Source: a virus (taxonomy: Duplodnaviria; Caudoviricetes). Taken from it: a DNA stretch of 64,000 nucleotides. A program made the position numbers and the translations under genes. The notes beneath the pieces were generated by a model. The model searched no databases. It was not told the origin of the DNA and was given only the letters and a program-made list of their open reading frames with translations. Below are positions 56,885 to 64,000 of the stretch, one piece after another. The stretch spans positions 1 to 64,000 of the IMG/VR virus record IMGVR_UViG_2923649072_000003, one strand, 5' to 3'. The number at the start of each line of letters is the position of its first letter. Within the stretch, counting starts at the first letter, position 1.

Positions 56885-58060
56885 CTAGGCCAGTTCAAGA
56901 GAGACGTTGCCGAGGACAGGCGAGGCGAGGCCATTGCCGCCAGCCGTCGCCAGCCGCAGCCACTGATCGCCGGTCGAGGCGGCCGGCAGAGTCACCCACG
57001 CCGACGAGACGCCACCAGCTGCACCCAGGGACACTGACGGCCCGGATGCACCATCGAGAGCCACCCACACCTGCTGGTCGGTCGAACGCTGCACCAGCAG
57101 AGAGCCGACACCGGCACCAGCAATGACCGCCGTAAGTCGCGCCTTCACGTACCCGGTGAGGTCGAGGCGCGTACGGATCCGGGTGCTGCCGACCTCGAGC
57201 AGCTGGGCGCCGAGCAGGGCCAGCGTCAGGCCGCCGGTCGTCATGGTCAGTACCGCCGCACCGCGAGGACCAGCGTCCCCCTTGGCGCCAGTCCCGCCCG
57301 TGGGACCGGTGGCCCCTGCAGGTCCCGTCGCGCCTGCAGGCCCTGATGGACCTTGCGGGCCCGTGTCGCCCTTGGCGCCGGTTGGCCCTGCTGGCCCCGT
57401 GGCTCCGGTGGCGCCGGGTATTCCCTGGGAGCCCGTATCGCCCTTCGTTCCGGCGGGACCCGCTGGCCCCGGGACGCCCTGAGGGCCGGCCGAACCGGTC
57501 GCGCCTGTAGCGCCCTTGTCGCCCTGGGGGCCTGGCGGACCGACGGGACCAGCCACTCCGGCGGGACCCGCCGGGCCGGTCTCACCCTGGACGCCCTGCA
57601 GGCCGCGTTCACCTGTCGGCCCCGCGACCCCGTGTGCGCCATCCGCGCCGGGAGTTCCTGCCGGCCCGGGATCACCCTGCGGTCCGGGGATTCCGACGCC
57701 GTCTCGCCCGTCGACCCCTGGACTGCCCTGCGCACCCTGCGGGCCGACGTCACCCGCCGGCCCCTGAGGACCACGCGGGCCGGTCACGATCGTCACCGCG
57801 GACTCGTCGTCCGCGATCTCATGGCGGATCTGGATCAGCTGCGCGGCCACATCGGCAGCAAGCCGCTCAATGACCGCCTCAGTGACCTCGCCCAGCTGCT
57901 GCGCAACCTGCGCAGCCATCATCGCGGTCGCACGCTGCACATCAGCCATCGACGGCAAACGCCCAAGCTGATCAACCAGCGCCGACCGAGTCACATCCAC
58001 ATACAGGCCCGGATCCGTGATGCCGGTGCCGCCAACGCGAGGGCCAGGGGCGGGCGTCAC
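56885..58060 (-). CDS. collagen-like fibre protein
   Basis: long uninterrupted Gly-X-Y tract; likely start GTG 58060. Confidence 0.85.
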   Translation of the reverse strand: MTPAPGPRVGGTGITDPGLYVDVTRSALVDQLGRLPSMADVQRATAMMAAQVAQQLGEVTEAVIERLAADVAAQLIQIRHEIADDESAVTIVTGPRGPQGPAGDVGPQGAQGSPGVDGRDGVGIPGPQGDPGPAGTPGADGAHGVAGPTGERGLQGVQGETGPAGPAGVAGPVGPPGPQGDKGATGATGSAGPQGVPGPAGPAGTKGDTGSQGIPGATGATGPAGPTGAKGDTGPQGPSGPAGATGPAGATGPTGGTGAKGDAGPRGAAVLTMTTGGLTLALLGAQLLEVGSTRIRTRLDLTGYVKARLTAVIAGAGVGSLLVQRSTDQQVWVALDGASGPSVSLGAAGGVSSAWVTLPAASTGDQWLRLATAGGNGLASPVLGNVSLELA

Positions 58061-58101
58061 GCTATGCAGGCCCTGCTCTTCGTGCCGTCCATGAGCATGC
58101 C

Positions 58102-58572
58102 CTACAGGCCTTCGATCGCCGAAGTCGGCACGTAACCGACCGTGATCGAGAACCCGGTGAGAGCGGTGAGAGGTGGACATTGGAGCCGCACCGACAGTCG
58201 GCGCCCGGCCGAAACTCGCTGAGGTATTGACAGGTTCACACCCTCACGGATGAACAGGCCCAGAAAGGACGGCGGAACCTCGGCCTTCAGCACCACAGAG
58301 GCGACAGCCGTCTCCGCGCCCGCAACGCCCACGCCGACGTCGACGAATACGTTCCGATCCCGTGCAGCGTCGCCTGCCGTGCCGTAATCGGCACACAGGG
58401 CACTGACGCTCGTCAGGAGGAGGTCTGCGCCGACCGACGGAATCAGCGCCACCCACGGCGTGAACGTGCTACCCGTCGTGCTCAGGTTCGTGGTGGCGAG
58501 CTGCTGCGACACGGTGTCGGCTCGAGCGGTCAAAGCGCCACCACCACCAGGGGGCCAAGAACCCATCATCAA
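58102..58572 (-). CDS. structural beta-sandwich protein
   Basis: [10 protein letters not shown]..., in the fibre operon. Confidence 0.55.
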   Translation of the reverse strand: MMMGSWPPGGGGALTARADTVSQQLATTNLSTTGSTFTPWVALIPSVGADLLLTSVSALCADYGTAGDAARDRNVFVDVGVGVAGAETAVASVVLKAEVPPSFLGLFIREGVNLSIPQRVSAGRRLSVRLQCPPLTALTGFSITVGYVPTSAIEGL

Positions 58573-58582
58573 CCTCCGGTAA

Positions 58583-59434
58583 TCAGTGGCCTGCAGCCAT
58601 GAACGTGAGCGCGGATGAGCCGGCCGCCGTCACTGACTGGCCAGAAGGCAGGCCGTACGGCAAATCCAGCGTGAGTAGTCCACCGGGCGGGATTGGAGTC
58701 GACGCCAGCACGGCGACCCCCGCGAAGGTCACCGATGCTGTTGCTGTCGCCGTCCCGGAATTCGCCACCCACAGCTGATTCACGACCCGATCAGCGCCTG
58801 TTGCCGCGACCAGCGTCGCGCTCGACGTCACCGAAGCCAGGCCGAGGCGCGTCACAACGGCATCACTGCGGTAGCCGTAGCTGGCCAGCACCCCGACCGT
58901 TCCGCCCGAAGCGACAGCAGCCAGCGTCTCCCCGGGCGCGACCGGGATCAGCACCGGGAACTCACTGCCCCGAGCCGATGCCGTGAACGAGAACTTCGCG
59001 ACCGTCACGCCCGCCAGCGTCAACGTCAGCGACGAACCCGCTGGCCCGGACACGGTCAGGCTTTTCACGATGCGCCGCCCGGAGGTCGGCCCGGACACGA
59101 GAGTCGCCGACCCGGACGTTGACACGGGGACACCCGTCAGACCAGGCACCTCCACACCGGGGGCCGCCCAGGTCAGTAGCTCCGTGCCGCCGTGCGTGAC
59201 CCACGCCGTGCCGTCATCCCAGTAGCTGACACCCTGCAGCCCGGCATCGGTCGGCTTGAAGATCCGACCAGCCGTACCCGGTGCAGGTCGAGCCGAGAGC
59301 AGGCCTTGGCCGTAAAGGACTCCCGCAGAATCGAACTTGTTGCCGATCGAGCGCTGCGACAGCCTGTACGCGGTCACACTGTCAGTGCCGTCATTCGCGG
59401 GGATGACGATTCCGGTACGGGTCAGCGTGTCCAC
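58583..59434 (-). CDS. tail fibre protein
   Basis: G.LSARPAPGTAGR...TD...WDDGTAW fibre motif; follows baseplate wedge genes. Confidence 0.65.
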   Translation of the reverse strand: MDTLTRTGIVIPANDGTDSVTAYRLSQRSIGNKFDSAGVLYGQGLLSARPAPGTAGRIFKPTDAGLQGVSYWDDGTAWVTHGGTELLTWAAPGVEVPGLTGVPVSTSGSATLVSGPTSGRRIVKSLTVSGPAGSSLTLTLAGVTVAKFSFTASARGSEFPVLIPVAPGETLAAVASGGTVGVLASYGYRSDAVVTRLGLASVTSSATLVAATGADRVVNQLWVANSGTATATASVTFAGVAVLASTPIPPGGLLTLDLPYGLPSGQSVTAAGSSALTFMAAGH

Positions 59435-59462
59435 GTGACTCCCTCGCTAGTGCCCACTGGAC

Positions 59463-60110
59463 TCACGGAAGCTGGTACTCGAAGTCGCGGACGGTAGGCC
59501 ACGTCGTGTCCGCCTCGAGCCCGGCGATGGTCTGACCCGAAAGCGCGGTCTCCATCTCGTCGATCGTCCAGCCCGCCAGCACATCAACCGTCGGGATCAC
59601 GCCCGCCGGGATGGCTGCCCGGATGGACCGGTTGAGCTGCGCGACGTCCGTGGCCTCAGCCTCGTAGACGCGCACGCGCACCCGGTAGGCCGAGCCCAGG
59701 TGCCGCTCGGTGAGCTGCACCTGCCGGCCGCCCGTCAGCCACTGCTGCGCCGCCGCGACAATCGACGCCGGAGTGCCGCGCTGCCAGCCGAGCGCCGAAC
59801 GGACACGCAGCCGCTGCGAGGCGTCGTCGAGGCCAGGGGCGAGCTCGACGCCGACGAGCTGCGCAAGGAAACCCAGGTACGGCAACGGCACGGCGTCCAC
59901 GTCCAGCAGCGGCGACCAGCCGTGCCTGACGATGTCGCCGGCCTCGTCGACGACATCCGCGGCGAGATCCTGCGTGGCTTGCAGGGAGAGCGTCACCGCG
60001 TGGCACAGGTGCAGCAGGATCCATCGCTGCTCGTCGCCGACAGTCTGCGCGCCCAGGGCCTCGTACAGTTCCTCGGCGACGTCCGAGACGACCGGGCGAG
60101 GAGGCGCCAT
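59463..60110 (-). CDS. baseplate wedge protein (P2 gpI-like)
   Basis: PLPYLGFLAQLVG...RGTPASI. Confidence 0.75.
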   Translation of the reverse strand: MAPPRPVVSDVAEELYEALGAQTVGDEQRWILLHLCHAVTLSLQATQDLAADVVDEAGDIVRHGWSPLLDVDAVPLPYLGFLAQLVGVELAPGLDDASQRLRVRSALGWQRGTPASIVAAAQQWLTGGRQVQLTERHLGSAYRVRVRVYEAEATDVAQLNRSIRAAIPAGVIPTVDVLAGWTIDEMETALSGQTIAGLEADTTWPTVRDFEYQLP

Positions 60111-60111
60111 G

Positions 60112-61257
60112 TCAGGCCACCGTTCCTGTCATCGTCCCCGGCTGAGGCAGGGGAGCGATACCCGTCAACGTCAGGTCCGCCGCGGCACCATTCAAGGTCA
60201 GTGATCCGACCCAGGCGACGCCGTTCTCGGCTGCGATCACGTTCGACAGCGAGAAGTACCGGACCACCTTCGCTTCGGCGGACCAGATCGCGGGAGACAG
60301 GTCGCCGCCGCCCCAGACGCTCGGCGACAGAACGGCCGCCAGGGCGTCGTCGACGCGAGCGATGACTTCCTCCGCGACATACCCGTTGGCGATGTGCACG
60401 CTGTACGCCACGTTCACGACGACGTACGTCGGGTCTATCGTGTGGACCTGAAAGTTCACCTCGCGCAGGCTGTCCAGGTATTCGACGACCGCGAGGTGAG
60501 TGGCCGTCTCGACGGGCGTCCCGTCAGCAGCGACCAGCGCGACTGTCACCATCCGCTCGTGCGTGTCGGCGCCGTCCTCCGGGTCGTACCCGCTGATCCC
60601 CAGCCCTCTGTGAACCCCTGGGATCCGGGCAGCGAGAACCGCGAAGTCAGACGCCAGGATCGGTCGGGGCGCCAGCAGCTTCACCTCGGCCGACAGCCGG
60701 TCAAGGTAGGAGGCGTCAGACTCCGGGTCGATGCCACCGTCCGTTGCTGATGACACCGTCGCCGACGTCACGTAGCTCAGCGAATCGACCAGCTCCAGCG
60801 ACGTACCGGGGGCAATGCCATTCGCTGCCCGGCCCACGTCGACCGCGCGGACCGCGACCCCCGAAGCGCTCGTCGAGCCGGCCGGGACATCGACCTGAGT
60901 CACCGTCTCGAGAAGGATCATCGAGTCCCCGGACGTGCGATACCCGACCAGCGTGCCCGCAGGGATCGTCCATCCCTGGTCGGATTCCACCACCCACGTC
61001 GACAGACCCGCCGCGCGCTGACCGACAGACTGGTTGATGCCGAGCATCTGCGTCCCGAAAGCGCGGAAGACCTGCGGCGGCACCTCGCGCACCGCGTAGG
61101 CCAGCTCGGAGTTCATGCGCGCCAGAGCTTCGATCAGCCACACCTCAAGGTGACCGTCCGAGGGCTCCCAGCCCGGGATCACGGACTGCAGGTACGCGAC
61201 CGCATCGTCGGCGAGCTGATCGGCGTCGGCCGTGAAATCAATGTTCACGAAGCTCAT
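60112..61257 (-). CDS. baseplate J-like protein
   Basis: TIPAGT, GGIDPESD..YL.R, DF...A..IPGV motifs. Confidence 0.85.
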   Translation of the reverse strand: MSFVNIDFTADADQLADDAVAYLQSVIPGWEPSDGHLEVWLIEALARMNSELAYAVREVPPQVFRAFGTQMLGINQSVGQRAAGLSTWVVESDQGWTIPAGTLVGYRTSGDSMILLETVTQVDVPAGSTSASGVAVRAVDVGRAANGIAPGTSLELVDSLSYVTSATVSSATDGGIDPESDASYLDRLSAEVKLLAPRPILASDFAVLAARIPGVHRGLGISGYDPEDGADTHERMVTVALVAADGTPVETATHLAVVEYLDSLREVNFQVHTIDPTYVVVNVAYSVHIANGYVAEEVIARVDDALAAVLSPSVWGGGDLSPAIWSAEAKVVRYFSLSNVIAAENGVAWVGSLTLNGAAADLTLTGIAPLPQPGTMTGTVA

Positions 61258-61592
61258 GTCAGCCTCACGCCCGCCAGGATCACCGCGCGGGTCTCCGCGT
61301 CGTCACGGTCACCGGCAACACCCACGACCGATTCCAGGTCGACCTCAGCGCGAGGCTCCCACTCCGCGACCGCCGTCTCGACGCCCGCCGTTTCCAGCGC
61401 ACCGTCCCGGCTCATCACGAACGTCAGATCGCCGACCCCGTACTCGGGCACCTCAAGCCTCGATCCAACCGGCGTGTCCAGAAGCACGGCCACACACTGG
61501 GTCACGTCGTCGATGTCGCCGTCCTCGTTCACCGCGAACGCGCCCGCAGGAGAAAGCCGCAGCGGGATCGCCAGATGTGGGATGTCAGCCAC
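61254..61592 (-). CDS. baseplate wedge gp25/GPW-like
   Basis: LL.TP.GSR...PEYG...WEPR. Confidence 0.8.
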   Translation of the reverse strand: MADIPHLAIPLRLSPAGAFAVNEDGDIDDVTQCVAVLLDTPVGSRLEVPEYGVGDLTFVMSRDGALETAGVETAVAEWEPRAEVDLESVVGVAGDRDDAETRAVILAGVRLT

Positions 61593-61595
61593 GAC

Positions 61596-61892
61596 TCACC
61601 TCCACCACGCGAGAATCCACGGCTCATGGTCCGATCCGGCGTATGCGACCAGGCAGGTGTCCCCGACGCGTGGCCCGTAGCCGTCATCGAGAGCGTCCTG
61701 CGCGGTGTCGTACCCGCCCAGGCTCCAGCGTGCCGGGCCCCACGCGTGCGCAGGCGACCCGGGCAGCACGAATGTTGCGCCCGCCGCCGTGGTCTTCTTC
61801 ACGCGGCCGACCTCGACCGAATCGAAGCCGTCGCCCGTGGTCGATCCGGGAATGACGCCCGGCCCGAGAGGATCAAACCCGCCGCGCCCCAT
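61596..61892 (-). CDS. small baseplate spike-like protein
   Basis: P.VGD.CLVAY OB-fold-like motif; position between hub and gp25. Confidence 0.5.
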   Translation of the reverse strand: MGRGGFDPLGPGVIPGSTTGDGFDSVEVGRVKKTTAAGATFVLPGSPAHAWGPARWSLGGYDTAQDALDDGYGPRVGDTCLVAYAGSDHEPWILAWWR

Positions 61893-63316
61893 CAGGATCC
61901 GATCGGGATGTTGCCGTCGTCGGGACGCTTCGGGTACCGGCGCGGCTCGGTCCTGGCGTTGAACATGCCCGGCAACAAGCCGCCGTTCGTGAACCGGTCA
62001 CCGATGTTCCCGATCTTGCAGCCATAGGCGGACCCCATCGCTTCCATCGTCTTCCCGTTCCCCAGGCTGATCGCGATGTGATTCGTCTGCCCGACACCGA
62101 CCCGGATCAGCACGGCGCCCCGGGTACGCGACGCCTCCTCGATGGAGATCAGCTGACCCCGGTCCTTGCACAGGTCGTACATGTGCGACGTCGGCTTGCT
62201 GATCCCGCTGAAACCAGCTCGCGCGGCGCAGTACTGCACCAGGCCTGAGCAGTCGAACTTCCCAGGCCCGGACGCGCCCCAGTCGTAAGGCTTGCCGCGC
62301 TGGTCGAGGGCGGTCTGAACGAACTTCTCGACCTTCGGGTCCGCCGATTTCGTGCCCGTGGACAGGTCGGGATCGTCGGGCAGGTTGATCGAATCCCAGC
62401 CGTCTTCGCCGGCTTCACCGTCGCCGCCCCCGCCGCCGCTGGTCGCCGCCTCTTCCCGCTGCACCTCGATCGGCTCCGGAAGCGTCGGCAGCGGCAGGAT
62501 CAGGTTCACGCCGACCTGCTGCGAGAAAGCACTTCGCGTGATCGACTCGACCAGCCACACGCGGTCGCCCGGGCCCATGCCCTCGAGCTGCACGGCAGTG
62601 CCCGGCACCAGGCTCCGGAAACCCGCGCGGCCGGTCAGGGAAGCAGTCGCCGTCGGCTTGCCCACGTCGTAGTCGATATCGATGTCGTCGACGCCCTGCG
62701 AGTCCTCCGTCAGGACGTACGGACTCTGCGCCTTCAGGAACGTGTCCGGCAACAGATTCAGCGTCGACCGGTACGCCCACACCCGCCACTGGATCTCGCC
62801 CATGATCCGCCCGGCTGCGGTCCACGTGTCCTCAGGCTCGCCCGCCTGATCGTTGCTTTTCGCCGTGCCACGGGACAGTTCGACCTTCGCGGTCGGGCCC
62901 TGCGTCGTCCTGACCTTGATCCAGGAGGCGTCCGCGCGGACGAGCGACTCGATGAACGCTGCCCTCGACATCGCTCCGGGAGCGACCTTCCTGAAACTGT
63001 CCTGCCGGCGCAGCTTCGCAACCGCGAGATCCTCGAACACGATGCTGACGGTGGAGCCGGTCTTGCGGACCGCGGCGAGCTCGAACGCGGCACGGTCGAT
63101 CACCAGCGTCGATCGTTGCGTCAGCAGGCCCGACCGCAGAAGCGTCCGATCCGGATCCTCAAGAGTGAGATCGACCGTCGAAGCACCCGTGATCGTCTCG
63201 GTCATCGTCAGGGCTGTCAGTGCACCCACCAGCGATGCGTGGGTCTTCTTCGCGTCCGTCCCGTTCAGCTCAAGCCGGCCGAGGTCCAGTGCGCCCACAG
63301 GCGTCTTCTTCGCCAT
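61892..63316 (-). CDS. baseplate hub protein fused to an NlpC/P60 peptidase
   Basis: hub-like N-terminus; GKPYDWGASGP..FDCSGL...HIAI.LGNG..MEA. Confidence 0.8.
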   Translation of the reverse strand: MAKKTPVGALDLGRLELNGTDAKKTHASLVGALTALTMTETITGASTVDLTLEDPDRTLLRSGLLTQRSTLVIDRAAFELAAVRKTGSTVSIVFEDLAVAKLRRQDSFRKVAPGAMSRAAFIESLVRADASWIKVRTTQGPTAKVELSRGTAKSNDQAGEPEDTWTAAGRIMGEIQWRVWAYRSTLNLLPDTFLKAQSPYVLTEDSQGVDDIDIDYDVGKPTATASLTGRAGFRSLVPGTAVQLEGMGPGDRVWLVESITRSAFSQQVGVNLILPLPTLPEPIEVQREEAATSGGGGGDGEAGEDGWDSINLPDDPDLSTGTKSADPKVEKFVQTALDQRGKPYDWGASGPGKFDCSGLVQYCAARAGFSGISKPTSHMYDLCKDRGQLISIEEASRTRGAVLIRVGVGQTNHIAISLGNGKTMEAMGSAYGCKIGNIGDRFTNGGLLPGMFNARTEPRRYPKRPDDGNIPIGS

Positions 63317-64000
63317 CAGGACGCCGGAAGTTTCAGGCGCAGGCCGACCTTGAGATGCTTCGGGTCGCGGATGCTCGGGTTCAGCTTCTTGATGTCGGCC
63401 GCCCTCTTCGCGGACCCGAGCTGCTTCGCCGCGATCTTCCCCAGCGTGTCGCCCTGCTTCACGACATAGATCTTGGTCTTGCTCCCCGAACCCTGCTTCT
63501 CCTTGGACCGTTTCGCCGCCGACGTCTTGATGATCACGTCGCCCGGGACGTACTGCAGCAGACTCAGTGTCACCAGCGTCCGCAGCGGCACCCGATCCGA
63601 ACGGCGCACGATCGTCATCGCCGTATCGTCATCGACCTGCAGGCCATCACATACCCAGTGCATGGCCTCATCCAACGGCCAAGCCCCCAGCACCCGGAAT
63701 GCGGGAGGAACCAAAGCCCCGTTCGTCGGCGCGAAATGCCTCTCCAGGTATGCGATCGACTGGGCCTGAGACTGCCCCAGCCGGGACGCAGCGAACCCGT
63801 CGAACAGCATCTGCAGTGACGCGCGCATCGGCTGCGGGCCCTGCCACTCCGTCATCGACCTCTTACGGGGCCGGTCGATGATCTTCCAACCGCCGTAGCC
63901 GTCCTGAACTTTCGGCAGAGACGGACCAAACCGCGCACGCATCGCGATCCGCTTGTCAGAGACACGCACGAGCGTGCACAGCGGCGACGTCGTCTTCGGG
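63316..64000 (-). CDS. LysM-domain tail tube initiator (frame open to window edge)
   Basis: YVVKQGDTLGKIA...I..LN..I.DP..L.VG..LKLP. Confidence 0.8.
   Translation of the reverse strand, partial: PKTTSPLCTLVRVSDKRIAMRARFGPSLPKVQDGYGGWKIIDRPRKRSMTEWQGPQPMRASLQMLFDGFAASRLGQSQAQSIAYLERHFAPTNGALVPPAFRVLGAWPLDEAMHWVCDGLQVDDDTAMTIVRRSDRVPLRTLVTLSLLQYVPGDVIIKTSAAKRSKEKQGSGSKTKIYVVKQGDTLGKIAAKQLGSAKRAADIKKLNPSIRDPKHLKVGLRLKLPAS

Noticed and set aside
57270-57785. 9-bp periodic repeats
   Set aside because: explained by Gly-X-Y collagen coding
1-64000. CRISPR array, tRNA/rRNA, reverse transcriptase/DGR
   Set aside because: no repeat-spacer periodicity, cloverleaf, RT motif or template/variable repeat pair seen by eye; not computationally excluded
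59463-64000. eCIS/tailocin interpretation of the baseplate genes
   Set aside because: linked to a full phage replication/recombination arm; head and sheath genes presumably lie beyond the window

Overview
High-GC actinobacterial phage or prophage DNA, with no host housekeeping genes seen. 1-21.5 kb (+): early/replication arm with an XRE HTH, ParB-like protein, RecE-like exonuclease plus putative annealing partner, WhiB, Holliday junction resolvase, C5 DNA methyltransferase, HNH, replication initiator with internal iterons, DnaB and many small coupled ORFs. 22-38.5 kb: a regulatory switch (two XRE genes, GntR/KorA-like divergent from an Xis-like HTH), then a Gram-positive Tcp/VirB-type conjugation operon (TcpD/E-like, VirB4 ATPase, VirB6-like, VirB8-like, bifunctional peptidoglycan hydrolase). 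An FtsK/TraB-like translocase with a degenerate HNH-like N-terminus and a Spd-like protein follow. No relaxase or integrase is visible, and arrays of CGGACA octamers flank the start of the translocase gene. 38.5-51 kb: accessory region with SAV_6107 HEPN, DUF6504-like, a 5'-truncated antirepressor, SsgA-like and GNAT genes. Two secreted-protein genes (37.0 and 45.9 kb) share a sigma28/WhiG-like promoter and a conserved structured leader RNA. 51-64 kb (-): contractile-tail baseplate genes and a set of fibre proteins including three SGNH esterases. Best candidate for a new system: a myovirus-type actinophage carrying its own relaxase-less conjugation apparatus. All calls come from motif recognition by eye; no database searches were run.
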